From Alphaproteobacteria bacterium (lineage in GTDB: Bacteria > Pseudomonadota > Alphaproteobacteria > GCA-2746255): a stretch of DNA of 64,000 nucleotides. The position numbers were made by a program, and so were the translations under genes. Each line of letters opens with the position of its first letter. Position 1 is the stretch's first letter. Positions 13,581-23,689 of this stretch are shown here, piece by piece. The stretch is from contig OZ252220.1 of the NCBI GenBank assembly GCA_965249135.1, positions 288,001 to 352,000 of the forward strand. The letters are read 5' to 3'. The notes below the pieces were generated by a model, which was given only the letters and a program-made list of their open reading frames with translations, made no database searches and was not told the DNA's origin.

Positions 13581-13928
13581 ATGGCCAAAGGCGGCGCCGG
13601 GGAGCCGGAATTCTACTTCCTTTACATCACCGCCGCCTCAAAGGAGGAGGCAGCAAAGCTGGCGCGCGCGCTGGTCGAGGAAAGATACGTCGCCTGCGCG
13701 AACGTGATCGATTCCATCCGCTCGTTCTATTGGTGGGAAGGCGACGTGAAGGACGATTCCGAGGCCCTCGTCGTCGCAAAAACGCAAGGTCTGCGGCTCG
13801 AAGCGGCGATCCAGCGCGTGAAGGAGATTAGCAGCTACGAATGCCCCTGCGTCGTCGCCTGGCTATTGACGGCGGGCAACCCGGACTTCTTCGAGTGGAT
13901 CGGCAAGGAAACCGGCGCCGGCCGCTAG
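13581..13928 (+). CDS. cutA: Divalent-cation tolerance protein CutA
   Basis: [26 protein letters not shown]. Confidence 0.92.
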   Translation: MAKGGAGEPEFYFLYITAASKEEAAKLARALVEERYVACANVIDSIRSFYWWEGDVKDDSEALVVAKTQGLRLEAAIQRVKEISSYECPCVVAWLLTAGNPDFFEWIGKETGAGR

Positions 13929-13978
13929 GCTACTATTTTACCGCACATCTATCCTCTTCATTTCAAAGGAATTTTGCG

Positions 13979-14006
13979 TTGACAGGCGCATTTTCCGTGG
14001 CATACT
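13979..14006 (+). promoter_or_regulatory. Sigma70-like promoter of rplM-rpsI
   Basis: TTGACA-N16-CATACT. Confidence 0.65.
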
Positions 14007-14022
14007 CCGCCGCCACCCGAAA

Positions 14023-14079
14023 CCGGGTCAAAATGCTGTGGCCGGGTCAAAATGCTGTGGCCGGGTCAAAATGCCGTGG
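14023..14079 (+). repeat. 19-bp tandem repeat x3 in the rplM leader
   Basis: CCGGGTCAAAATGCTGTGG twice, then a third copy with one T>C change. Confidence 0.95.
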
Positions 14080-14091
14080 AAGGTGAGGCCG

Positions 14092-14553
14092 GTGAAAACC
14101 TATTCGGCGAAAGCGACCGAGGTAAATCGGAAATGGGTCGTCATTGATGCCGAAGGCGTCGTGCTTGGCAGATTGGCCGGCGTGCTCGCCACGCGGCTGC
14201 GCGGCAAGCACAAGCCGAGCTTTACGCCGAACATCGATTGTGGCGACAACATCGTCGTCGTCAATGCCGAGAAGGTGAGGCTAACCGGCCGCAAGCTGGA
14301 GCGGGGCATTTTCCACTGGCACACCGGTTATCCCGGCGGCATCAAGGGCATGAATTTCGCCGATCGCCTGGCGGGCAAGCGCCCCGAGCGCGTCATCAAG
14401 AAGGCGGTGCAGCGGATGATTCCGCAGGGCCCCTTGGGACGGGCACAACTCAAGAAGCTGCATGTCTATGCCGGGCCAAGCCATCCCCATGCGGCGCAGA
14501 AGCCGGAGGCCCTAGACGTCGTGGCGATGAATCCGAAGAACAAACGGGCTTGA
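14092..14553 (+). CDS. rplM: 50S ribosomal protein L13
   Basis: [31 protein letters not shown]; GTG start. Confidence 0.97.
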   Translation: MKTYSAKATEVNRKWVVIDAEGVVLGRLAGVLATRLRGKHKPSFTPNIDCGDNIVVVNAEKVRLTGRKLERGIFHWHTGYPGGIKGMNFADRLAGKRPERVIKKAVQRMIPQGPLGRAQLKKLHVYAGPSHPHAAQKPEALDVVAMNPKNKRA

Positions 14554-14559
14554 GGTACG

Positions 14560-15075
14560 ATGGCAGACGAAAAAGAGGAAAAGAAGACCCTGGAAGATTT
14601 GGCCGAACTCACGGGCGCTGAAGAGGCCGCGCCCGAGACGCCGGAGGCCGTCGTCGCCGCGCCCGTCTACGAACAGAAGTTGGACGCACAAGGAAGGGCC
14701 TATGCGACCGGCAAGCGAAAGGATGCCGTTGCCCGGGTCTGGCTAAAGCCCGGATCCGGCAAGATCGAAGTAAATGGAAGAGAGTTTGAGAAATACTTCG
14801 CCCGCCCGGTGTTGCGCATGATCGTTCATCAGCCCTTCGTCGCTTCGAATCGGGTCGATCAGTACGACATTGCCTGCACGGTGAAAGGCGGCGGGCTTTC
14901 CGGGCAGGCAGGCGCCGTCCGGCACGGTATCAGCCGGGCGATTACCTATTACGAGCCCGAGCTGAGGGGTGTCTTGAAAAAAGGCGGCTATCTAACCCGT
15001 GACAGCCGGACCGTCGAGCGCAAGAAATACGGCCGACGAAAGGCTCGCCGCAGCTTCCAGTTCTCGAAGCGCTAG
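14560..15075 (+). CDS. rpsI: 30S ribosomal protein S9
   Basis: [26 protein letters not shown] end. Confidence 0.97.
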   Translation: MADEKEEKKTLEDLAELTGAEEAAPETPEAVVAAPVYEQKLDAQGRAYATGKRKDAVARVWLKPGSGKIEVNGREFEKYFARPVLRMIVHQPFVASNRVDQYDIACTVKGGGLSGQAGAVRHGISRAITYYEPELRGVLKKGGYLTRDSRTVERKKYGRRKARRSFQFSKR

Positions 15076-15097
15076 TATCTCGAGGAATCTTTTCTTG

Positions 15098-15126
15098 AAG
15101 GGGACGCCTCATGGGGCGTCCCTTTT
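15098..15126 (+). terminator. Intrinsic terminator after rpsI
   Basis: gggacgcctc at ggggcgtccc tttt. Confidence 0.75.
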
Positions 15127-15156
15127 GTTATAACCTATGGCAACCGGAGTGGGGCC

Positions 15157-16209
15157 ATGAGTGGAAATGCAAAGGGAATACGGATCGCCGTCCTTGGCGC
15201 CAGTGGCTATACGGGCGCCGAGTTGCTTCGCATTCTCGTCCGGCATCCGAAAGTAAAGCTTGCCGCATTGACGGCCGATCGCCGGGCCGGCGAATCGATC
15301 GCGACGGTGTTCCCGCATCTCGGTGGTCTGGAGCTGCCGCGCCTTCTTCGGATCGAAGACGTCGATTTTTCCGAAATCGACACCGTTTTCTGCTGCCTGC
15401 CCCATGGGAAGACCCAGGAAACGGTGGCGGCCTTACCGAATCATCTGAAGATCCTCGATCTTTCCGCCGATTTCCGGCTCGAAGACCCCGAGGCCTATGC
15501 GGAATGGTACGGACACCCCCACCGTGCCGAGGCGCTGCAAAAGGAAGCCGTCTATGGGCTTACGGAGCTTGCCCGGGAGACCATTGCGAAGGCGCGGCTC
15601 ATCGCGTGCCCTGGCTGCTATCCCACCTCGGCCTTGCTGCCGCTGGTGCCGCTTCTGGAGGCGGGACTCATTCACCCGGGCGATATCGTCATCGATTCGA
15701 AATCCGGCGTCAGCGGTGCCGGTCGTTCGCTGAAGGAGGAAAACCTGTTCGCCGAGGTGGCGGAGGGCATCCATGCCTATGGGGTCGGCCGGCACCGGCA
15801 TGTCCCGGAAATCGAGCAAGGCCTGGCGCGCGCGGCGGGCAAGCGCGTGACGGTGTCCTTCACGCCGCATCTTGTGCCGATGAACCGGGGCATCCTTTCA
15901 ACGATCTATGTGCGACTCGGCAAGAATGCAGATGCCGGCGATCTTCGGGCAGCACTCGATGCGCGTTACAAGAATGAGCGCTTCGTTCACGTGGTTCCGG
16001 ACGGGGTGGTGCCGGCTACCCATCATGTGCGGGGGTCCAATTTCTGTCTGATCGGTATTTTTCCGGACCGGTTGCCGGATCGGGCCATCCTGATCTCGAC
16101 GCTCGACAACTTGGTCAAGGGCGCTTCCGGTCAGGCCGTACAAAATTTGAATCTGGTTTCGGGAATCCCGGAAGACATGGGTCTCGATCAGGAGCCCCTT
16201 TTCCCATGA
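15157..16209 (+). CDS. argC: N-acetyl-gamma-glutamyl-phosphate reductase
   Basis: GASGYTG, PGCYPT, SGVSGAGR, DNLVKGASGQA. Confidence 0.96.
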   Translation: MSGNAKGIRIAVLGASGYTGAELLRILVRHPKVKLAALTADRRAGESIATVFPHLGGLELPRLLRIEDVDFSEIDTVFCCLPHGKTQETVAALPNHLKILDLSADFRLEDPEAYAEWYGHPHRAEALQKEAVYGLTELARETIAKARLIACPGCYPTSALLPLVPLLEAGLIHPGDIVIDSKSGVSGAGRSLKEENLFAEVAEGIHAYGVGRHRHVPEIEQGLARAAGKRVTVSFTPHLVPMNRGILSTIYVRLGKNADAGDLRAALDARYKNERFVHVVPDGVVPATHHVRGSNFCLIGIFPDRLPDRAILISTLDNLVKGASGQAVQNLNLVSGIPEDMGLDQEPLFP

Positions 16210-16235
16210 CCTTTTAACCTTGGAATGCCCAAGCC

Positions 16236-16763
16236 ATGACCGGACACGTGCTGCCCTATGGCAACCGCCTGCCGAAGATCGCCGACGATGTCTTCATCGC
16301 GCCCACGGCGACGGTCATTGGCGATGTCGAGATCGGCGCTCGTTGCGGCATCTGGTTCGGCGTCGTGATTCGCGGAGACGTGAACGAAATCCGTATCGGT
16401 GAGCAGACGAATATCCAGGACAACACGGTGATCCACGTGACGCGAAACGGGCTTGGAACCTATATCGGCTCCGGCGTTACCGTCGGGCATACGTCCTTGC
16501 TTCATGCCTGTACGCTGGAGGATGGAAGCTTCATCGGCATGGGGGCGAAGCTGATGGACGGCGTCGTCGTCGAGGGCGGCGCGATGGTGGCGGCGGGCGC
16601 GCTGGTTACCCAGGGCAAGCGTGTGAAGCGGGGTGAGCTTTGGGCAGGCAGTCCGGCGCGCTACGTCCGCAACTTAACCCAGGAAGAATCGGATTTTCTT
16701 CCCGATACGAATGCCCATTACGCGAATTTGGCCGCGGAGTACCTGGCGACACTCCGAAAATAA
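16236..16763 (+). CDS. Gamma carbonic anhydrase family protein
   Basis: Hexapeptide repeats, RGDVN, NIQDN, His ligands (H..GH..LH). Confidence 0.92.
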   Translation: MTGHVLPYGNRLPKIADDVFIAPTATVIGDVEIGARCGIWFGVVIRGDVNEIRIGEQTNIQDNTVIHVTRNGLGTYIGSGVTVGHTSLLHACTLEDGSFIGMGAKLMDGVVVEGGAMVAAGALVTQGKRVKRGELWAGSPARYVRNLTQEESDFLPDTNAHYANLAAEYLATLRK

Positions 16764-18560
16764 TCAGGCCGAATTTATTTTTGCGTAGGAACCGGGAGCG
16801 TCTTCGATCGGCTTGAGCGCGCCTTTACCGGGGACGCGTGCTTCTACTTTCTTGCCACCCTGGCCGGTCATCCATTTCGCCCAATCCTTCCACCACGAGC
16901 CATCCGTCGCAACGGCCGTTGCGAGCCAGGCCTCGGCAGATTCCGGATTCTCTTCCGCCGTCCAGAAATTGTACTTGTTCTTCGCGGGCGGATTGACGAC
17001 GCCCGCCACATGGCCGGAGGCGGAAAGCACGAAGCGGATCGGTCCGCCGTAAAGTTGCGTTGCGGCGTAGGCGGACTTCCAGGGTGCAATGTGGTCTTCA
17101 CGGCAGGCAAGCATGTAAGTCGGAAGCTGGATCTTGCGAAGGTCGATCGGAACGCCGCCAAGCGTGATGCCTCCCGGTGTGGAAAGCCTGTTTTCCAGAT
17201 ACATGTGTCGCAGATAGAAGCTGTGCATCCTGGTCGGCATGCGCGTTGAATCGGCATTCCAGAAGAGCAGGTCGAAGGGGAAGGGGTCTTTGCCAAGCAG
17301 GTAGTTGTTGATGACAAAGGACCAGATAAGGTCGTTCTCACGAAGCAGGTTGAAGGTTGTGGCCATTTCATGGGCTTCCAGATAGCCCCGCTTCTCCATT
17401 TTCTCTTCAAGATCGGCGAGCTGCTCTTCGTCGATGAAGACGGCAAGCTCCCCCGGGTCCGCGAAATCGACCATCGTCGTAAGAAACGATGCGCTATGAA
17501 CGCGACGGTCGTTTTTTGCCCCCAGGTAAGCAAGGGTGGAGGCCAGCAAGGTTCCGCCGATGCAATAGCCGGTTACGTTGAATCCTTTTTCGCTGGTTGC
17601 TTTCTCGATTGCATCGAGGGCCGCCAGCGGGCCTTCGTACATATAGTCTTCGAAGGTTTTGTCGGCGTGTGTCTCGTCCGGGTTCACCCACGAGATCATG
17701 AAAACGGTGTGGCCCTTGTCGAGGGCCCATCGGACGAAGGAACTCTTCTCGCGCAGATCCAAGATGTAATACTTGTTGATCCAGGGCGGGATGATCAAAA
17801 GTGGCCGCTTATAGACCTTCTCCGTCGTCGGCGCATATTGGATGAGTTGCATGAGGTCGTTCTGGTAGACGACCTTGCCGGGCGTTGAGGCGATGTTCTC
17901 GCCAATCTTGAAGGCTTCCGGATCCGTCTGGAGGATTTGCAGGCGGCCTTTTCCGCTCTCTAGATCGTCCAACAGATTCTGCAGGCCGCGCACGAGATTT
18001 TCGCCGCCGCTTTCAATCGTCGCCTGCAAAACTTCTGGGTTCGTTAACACGAAGTTGTTTGGTGCGATCGCGCTGACGAATTGGCGCGTATAGAAGTCGA
18101 TCTTGCGCACGCTGTCCTCGTCCAGATCCCCTGTCCTGGAGACCAGGGATTGCGTCCAGCGCGCCGTCAGCAGGTAGGACTGCTTGATAAAGGCGAATAG
18201 CTGGTTGTCATCCCATTCGGGATGTTCGAAGCGGCGGTCCGTCGCTTCCGGCTGAACGACCGGTTTCGTCTCAACCCCCATTGCGCGGCTGGTGGCGTGC
18301 TGCCAAAGTTCGAGATAGTCCTGCCAAAGTTCCATCTGGGCTTCGAACAATTTCGTCGGATTCGCCATCATCTGTGTCGTCATTTCCAGAAAGGCGGCGC
18401 CGATGTTCGATGGCACGGCCAGCCCGCTGTCGCCGTCCCCGCCCTGTTTGGAGAGGAAATCCTGAACGATCCGCTGGCTCTTTTCGGCGATCTGGGTAAA
18501 ATTCTTCGAAAACTGGCCGAAATCAGGGGTTTCGTTGGCGGAGTTCGGTTGATCGTCCAT
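16764..18560 (-). CDS. phaC: Class I polyhydroxyalkanoate synthase
   Basis: PPWINKYYILDL, GYCIGG lipase box, DHIAPW, SGH. Confidence 0.95.
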   Translation of the reverse strand: MDDQPNSANETPDFGQFSKNFTQIAEKSQRIVQDFLSKQGGDGDSGLAVPSNIGAAFLEMTTQMMANPTKLFEAQMELWQDYLELWQHATSRAMGVETKPVVQPEATDRRFEHPEWDDNQLFAFIKQSYLLTARWTQSLVSRTGDLDEDSVRKIDFYTRQFVSAIAPNNFVLTNPEVLQATIESGGENLVRGLQNLLDDLESGKGRLQILQTDPEAFKIGENIASTPGKVVYQNDLMQLIQYAPTTEKVYKRPLLIIPPWINKYYILDLREKSSFVRWALDKGHTVFMISWVNPDETHADKTFEDYMYEGPLAALDAIEKATSEKGFNVTGYCIGGTLLASTLAYLGAKNDRRVHSASFLTTMVDFADPGELAVFIDEEQLADLEEKMEKRGYLEAHEMATTFNLLRENDLIWSFVINNYLLGKDPFPFDLLFWNADSTRMPTRMHSFYLRHMYLENRLSTPGGITLGGVPIDLRKIQLPTYMLACREDHIAPWKSAYAATQLYGGPIRFVLSASGHVAGVVNPPAKNKYNFWTAEENPESAEAWLATAVATDGSWWKDWAKWMTGQGGKKVEARVPGKGALKPIEDAPGSYAKINSA

Positions 18561-18674
18561 TATGGATTCCCCTATGATTTGCCCCGCGCTGGGCCAACCG
18601 GCTAGCTTTCCCCTATAACGGGGGAAGCCGAAGCATGAGTCTAGAGCCACCTCGCCGAGAGGACGCTCCTTGCC

Positions 18675-20057
18675 ATGGAGAAACGATTAACTAGTTGCAA
18701 GCATCGCTCCGTGCAAGCGGCGTGTTCCGGGACGCTTCGCTTTGTGCTGGCAGCCTCCCTTTTCACGCTGGTCGGCTGCAGCCAGGTGCCAGACGAGCTC
18801 AACCCCGTCGAGTGGTACAAAGGCGTTGATGCTTGGCTGGGTGGGGACGACGCCACATACGCCGAAGCGCCTCCAAGTGTGCTGGAGCCGACGCTTGAGC
18901 GCGAACGGGTCGGCGTTGCCGATGAACCTTTCCCGAACTTGAGCGAGGTGCCGGAAAGGCCGCCGGCCTACGATCCAGAGAGTGCAGCGGAAATTTCGGA
19001 AAGCTTGATCGCGGATCGCGCCCATGCCCAATATTCGGATGAATTGATCCGTTTCCAGTCCGAAGCGGATACGACTCTCAAGATGCAGGCAAGACAGCGG
19101 GAGAGAAGGCTGGCCGAAGCTCCCCCGCCGCAAGCCTCACCGAGCGCACCGGTGACTTTGGCCGGCAAGCTTTCGAGTCCGACCGCCATCCCCGAAGGCG
19201 TCCCGAAACCGATCGGCTCGCCAGAAGGAATAATGCGCGCCATGGCACCGCCGCCGCCGGTGCTGACACCCGAACCGCGTCCAGTGCCGGCGCCCGTTCC
19301 GTTGAGGCAGCGGCGGCCGGTGGTCACGTCGCCACCGCCACCGCCCATGATCTCGCGCCCGTTTTCGCAGCCCCAGATGGTCGCTGCCTTGCTAGGCATT
19401 CCTGCTTCGGAGATTGTGCCATCGTTGCCGTATTTTCCGACGGCAGCGCCCGAGCTGAACCAGACGATGCAGCAATACTTCGCGCAATCCGGCGCGAGAG
19501 CCTTGCCGGCAAACTTCCAGCAGGCGTCTACGACGATGCCGGCCACCGAGGGTCTGCCGCCTTTGCAGGCGGTCCCTGAAAACGGATTCAGGCCCGTGGT
19601 TGGCAAGCCGGTGCCAGCACCGAAAGCGCTGATAACGAGGAGTGGTAAGGATGTGAATGCACCTCGCGCCCTTGCAGAATACGATCCAACCGGTGTCGGC
19701 TTGTCCATTCGGGTGGCAACCGTTCGCTTCGGAACCGGATCCAGTTCGCTCGACAAGCAAGACCGGGCGTCGTTGAAGGATGTCGTCGGGATATTCCGTC
19801 AGAACGGCAAGTCGCTTCGGGTCATCGGCCATGCGAGCAGCCGAACGCGGGATTTGGATCCCATGGCTCACCAGCTCGCAAATTTTAACGTTTCCGTTGA
19901 TCGTGCGAACAGGGTTGCGAAGGAGTTGATGCGACTCGGTATCAGGTCAAACCAGATTTTTGTTGGCGCGAAATCGGACAGCGAGCCGATTTACTATGAG
20001 GTGATGCCGTCGGGCGAGGTCGGCAACCGACGGGCAGAAATTTATATCGATTACTAA
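18675..20057 (+). CDS. OmpA-like domain lipoprotein with Pro-rich linker
   Basis: Lipobox LVGC; C-terminal GHAS..SVDRA..NRRAEI peptidoglycan-binding motif. Confidence 0.85.
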   Translation: MEKRLTSCKHRSVQAACSGTLRFVLAASLFTLVGCSQVPDELNPVEWYKGVDAWLGGDDATYAEAPPSVLEPTLERERVGVADEPFPNLSEVPERPPAYDPESAAEISESLIADRAHAQYSDELIRFQSEADTTLKMQARQRERRLAEAPPPQASPSAPVTLAGKLSSPTAIPEGVPKPIGSPEGIMRAMAPPPPVLTPEPRPVPAPVPLRQRRPVVTSPPPPPMISRPFSQPQMVAALLGIPASEIVPSLPYFPTAAPELNQTMQQYFAQSGARALPANFQQASTTMPATEGLPPLQAVPENGFRPVVGKPVPAPKALITRSGKDVNAPRALAEYDPTGVGLSIRVATVRFGTGSSSLDKQDRASLKDVVGIFRQNGKSLRVIGHASSRTRDLDPMAHQLANFNVSVDRANRVAKELMRLGIRSNQIFVGAKSDSEPIYYEVMPSGEVGNRRAEIYIDY

Positions 20058-20138
20058 CCCTGGATCGCACACCGCTCATTCCGCCGCTCGAAGGGTTGGG
20101 TGCCCGAACGAGCCGGAATCGGAGAAGGTGCGTATTGA

Positions 20139-21347
20139 ATGGTGATGGAGCAGGAATTCCAACGGATTCAGCGGCTTCCGCCCTACGTCTTCGCTGGGGT
20201 GAATGCGATGAAGGCACGCGCGCGCGCCGACGGCGAGGACATCATCGATTTCGGCATGGGGAATCCCGATCGGCCGACACCGCGTCACATCGTGGAGAAG
20301 CTGGTCGAAGTCATTCAAGATCCGAAGACCCACCGTTATTCGAACTCGCGCGGCATTCCCGGACTGCGCAAGGCGCTGGCGAGTTACTACGACCGGCGAT
20401 TCAACGTTTCGGTCGACCCGGAGACGGAAACGATCGTGACGATCGGGTCGAAGGAGGGGCTTGCGAACCTTGCCCAGGCGATTACCTCGCCGGGCGACGT
20501 CGTACTTGTGCCGAATCCAAGTTACCCGATCCATCCCTACGGCTTCATCATCGCCGGCGCCGCGATCCGGCATATTCCCTTAGGTCCCGATATCAACGAA
20601 TTCCTGAAGGGTCTCGAGCGGTCGTTTCGGAACAGCGTGCCGCCGCCGAAAGCGCTCGTGCTCAACTTTCCATCAAACCCGACGACTCAGGTCGTCGATC
20701 TCGATTTCTATGGCGAGGTCGTCGATTTTTGCCGACATCGTCAGATTTATATTCTGTCGGACCTGGCTTATGCAGAGATCTATTTCGAATCCGGGCCGCC
20801 GCCATCGATCCTGCAAGTGCCCGGCGCGAAAGATATTGCGGTCGAATTCACTTCGATGAGCAAAACTTACAACATGCCGGGTTGGCGAATCGGCTTTGCT
20901 ACCGGCAACCGGCGATTGATTGGTGCCTTGGCGCGCATCAAGTCCTATGTCGATTACGGCGCCTTTACGCCGATCCAGGTGGCGGCCGTCACGGCACTCA
21001 ATGGTCCGCAAGACTGTGTCGAGGAGATTCGCGAAACCTATCGGAAGCGTCGCGACGTTCTCGTGCAGGGCATGCAAAACGCAGGCTGGGAGGTACCGCC
21101 GCCGCCGGCGACGATGTTCGTGTGGGCGCCGCTGCCCGCTCCCTTCGTGCATCTGGGCTCGCTCACCTTCTCGAAGCTGCTGTTGCAGGAGGCGAAGGTC
21201 GCCGTCTCGCCGGGCCTTGGTTTCGGTGAGTATGGCGAGGGCTATGTTCGCCTGGCCCTGGTCGAGAACGAACATCGAACCCGGCAGGCAGTGAGGAATA
21301 TGAAAACGCTCCTCTCGTCGGCCGATAAATTGCTTGAGAAGTTGTAA
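20139..21347 (+). CDS. PLP-dependent class I/II aminotransferase (AlaC / LL-DAP aminotransferase-like)
   Basis: RLPPYVF, NFPSNPT, DLAY, SMSKTYNMPGWRIGF. Confidence 0.9.
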   Translation: MVMEQEFQRIQRLPPYVFAGVNAMKARARADGEDIIDFGMGNPDRPTPRHIVEKLVEVIQDPKTHRYSNSRGIPGLRKALASYYDRRFNVSVDPETETIVTIGSKEGLANLAQAITSPGDVVLVPNPSYPIHPYGFIIAGAAIRHIPLGPDINEFLKGLERSFRNSVPPPKALVLNFPSNPTTQVVDLDFYGEVVDFCRHRQIYILSDLAYAEIYFESGPPPSILQVPGAKDIAVEFTSMSKTYNMPGWRIGFATGNRRLIGALARIKSYVDYGAFTPIQVAAVTALNGPQDCVEEIRETYRKRRDVLVQGMQNAGWEVPPPPATMFVWAPLPAPFVHLGSLTFSKLLLQEAKVAVSPGLGFGEYGEGYVRLALVENEHRTRQAVRNMKTLLSSADKLLEKL

Positions 21348-21364
21348 GGAAGGGCGGCCGCATC

Positions 21365-22669
21365 TTGAACGCACAGTTGAAAGTTGCGATTGCCGGGCTG
21401 GGAACGGTTGGCGCCGGCACGTTTCGTGTTCTGCAGCAGCACGGTGAGTTGCTCACCGAGCGCTGCGGACACGCGCTCGTCGTTTCCGCCGTCTCGGCCC
21501 GCGACCGTGGCCGCGATCGGGGCATCGACCTGAAGAACGTGCCGTGGTTCGACGACCCGGCCCAGATGGCGGCCGAAGCGGAAGCTGATGTCATCGTCGA
21601 GTTGATCGGCGGCGCCGACGGCATAGCGAAGCAGGTCTGCGAAACGGCGATCAGCCATGGCCGCCATGTCGTCACCGCGAACAAGGCGATGCTGGCCCAT
21701 CACGGAATTTCGCTGGCCCGCCTGGCGGAAGGAAAGGGGGTCGTGCTGGCCTATGAGGCCGCCGTGGCGGGCGGTATCCCGATCATCAAGGCAATACGCG
21801 AGGGGCTTGCCGGGAACCATCTCGAACGCGTCTATGGCATTCTGAACGGCACCTGCAATTTCATCCTGACGGAGATGCGCCGCTCCGGCCAGGAGTTCGA
21901 GGTGGTCCTGAAGGAAGCCCAGGAACTCGGTTACGCGGAAGCCGATCCCTCCTTCGACATCGATGGCATCGACACCGCTCATAAGCTTGCCATCCTGGCT
22001 GCCGTCGCCTTTGGCTGCGAAATGGATTTCGATGGCATCTACACGGAAGGCATCCGTCACGTAAGCGCCCTGGACATTGGCTATGCCGAGGAACTCGGCT
22101 ACCGGATCAAGCTGTTGGGCACGGTGCGGCCGACGGCCGACGGGCTCGAGCAGCGCGTGCACCCCTGCATGGTGCCGCTTTCCGCTCCTATCGCCTACGT
22201 CGAGGGCGTCGATAACGCGATCGTCGCCGATGGGGATTGCGTCGAGAGCGCGATGTTCGAGGGGCGTGGGGCCGGGGCCGGGCCGACGGCATCGGCCATC
22301 GTCGCCGATTTGGTCGACATCGCCCGCGGAACGCGACTTCCGACTTTTTCCGTTCCGGCCGACCATCTTGCGAAGATCCCCTCCGCGCCAATGGATCGCC
22401 ACCGGGGCGCCTACTACATGCGCCTCATGCTCGTCGATCGCCCAGGCGTCATCGCAGACGTGGCGGCCGTCCTCAGGGACGAGAAGGTATCGATGGAATC
22501 GATGCTGCAGCGCCAGCGTGCGCCGGGCGCCGCCGTTCCGGTCGTGATCACGACCCATGCGACGAACGAATCGGCGATGCGTCGCGCACTTCAGAAAATC
22601 GACTGCTTGGATACGGTCGTGGAATCGCCCAGAATGATCCGGATTGAAACCCTCAACGGCACAGCCTAG
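21365..22669 (+). CDS. hom: Homoserine dehydrogenase
   Basis: GLGTVG, VTANK, GILNGT, GYAEADP, C-terminal ACT domain. Confidence 0.96.
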   Translation: MNAQLKVAIAGLGTVGAGTFRVLQQHGELLTERCGHALVVSAVSARDRGRDRGIDLKNVPWFDDPAQMAAEAEADVIVELIGGADGIAKQVCETAISHGRHVVTANKAMLAHHGISLARLAEGKGVVLAYEAAVAGGIPIIKAIREGLAGNHLERVYGILNGTCNFILTEMRRSGQEFEVVLKEAQELGYAEADPSFDIDGIDTAHKLAILAAVAFGCEMDFDGIYTEGIRHVSALDIGYAEELGYRIKLLGTVRPTADGLEQRVHPCMVPLSAPIAYVEGVDNAIVADGDCVESAMFEGRGAGAGPTASAIVADLVDIARGTRLPTFSVPADHLAKIPSAPMDRHRGAYYMRLMLVDRPGVIADVAAVLRDEKVSMESMLQRQRAPGAAVPVVITTHATNESAMRRALQKIDCLDTVVESPRMIRIETLNGTA

Positions 22670-22690
22670 CCGTACGAACTGAGAGGGGTA

Positions 22691-23680
22691 ATGGCGAATC
22701 AAGGAACGATGGAGCGCAACTTGGCGCTCGAGGTGGTGCGCGTCACGGAAGCGGCGGCGCTTTCCGCTTCGCTTCTGATGGGCCGGGGGGATGAACAGGC
22801 GGCGGATCAGGCGGCGGTCGATGCGATGCGCGCGGCCTTAAACAGCGTGCGCATCGATGGCACCGTCGTCATCGGGGAGGGCGAGCGCGACGAGGCCCCG
22901 ATGCTTTATATCGGCGAGAAGGTGGGCCGGGGCAAGGGGCCGAAGGTCGACGTCGCCCTCGATCCCCTGGAAGGCACGACGATCACCGCAAAAGGCGGCC
23001 AGAACGCGCTTGCCGTGATTGCCATGGCCGAGGACGGTGGGTTCCTGAACTCTCCGGACGTCTACATGGACAAGATCGCCGTCGGCGGGGGTCTTCCCGA
23101 CGGCGTCGTCGATCTCGATGCAAGCCCGAAGGAAAATCTCCGGGCGCTGGCAAAGGCGAAGGGATCCGAGGCCTCGAACCTCGTGGTCTGCGTGCTCGAC
23201 CGGCCCCGCCATCACGGACTGATCGCCGGCATTCGCGAGGCGGGCGCGCGCATCATGCTGATCTCCGACGGCGATGTGAGCGGCGTGATCGCCACCACGA
23301 CGCCGGATAGTGGCGTGGACCTCTATATGGGGATCGGCGGTGCGCCGGAAGGCGTGCTCGCGGCAGCCGCACTCTGCTGCATCGGCGGGCAGATGCAGAG
23401 CAGGCTCCAGTTTCGAAACGACGACGAACGCGCCCGGGCGAAACGTTGCGGCATTGCGAATTTTGACCGCAAATACACCTTGGACGAAATGGCCCATGGT
23501 GACGTCGTGTTTGCGGCGACCGGGGTGACGACCGGTTCAATGCTGAAAGGCGTTCGCCGTTTTGCCGGTGGCGCCTATACCTATTCGACGGTGATGCGTT
23601 CGAAGTCGGGTACGGTGCGCATGATCGAGGCGCAGCACAATTTCGCATGCAAGTCCGGTTTCGAGCCGATGGATCGCTAA
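22691..23680 (+). CDS. glpX: Class II fructose-1,6-bisphosphatase
   Basis: VIGEGERDEAPMLYIGE, DPLEGT, GGAPEGV. Confidence 0.96.
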   Translation: MANQGTMERNLALEVVRVTEAAALSASLLMGRGDEQAADQAAVDAMRAALNSVRIDGTVVIGEGERDEAPMLYIGEKVGRGKGPKVDVALDPLEGTTITAKGGQNALAVIAMAEDGGFLNSPDVYMDKIAVGGGLPDGVVDLDASPKENLRALAKAKGSEASNLVVCVLDRPRHHGLIAGIREAGARIMLISDGDVSGVIATTTPDSGVDLYMGIGGAPEGVLAAAALCCIGGQMQSRLQFRNDDERARAKRCGIANFDRKYTLDEMAHGDVVFAATGVTTGSMLKGVRRFAGGAYTYSTVMRSKSGTVRMIEAQHNFACKSGFEPMDR

Positions 23681-23689
23681 GTTGGCGCG

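Noticed and set aside
14023-14079. CRISPR-like array
   Set aside because: Units are contiguous with no spacers, only 19 bp, and there are no cas genes in the window.
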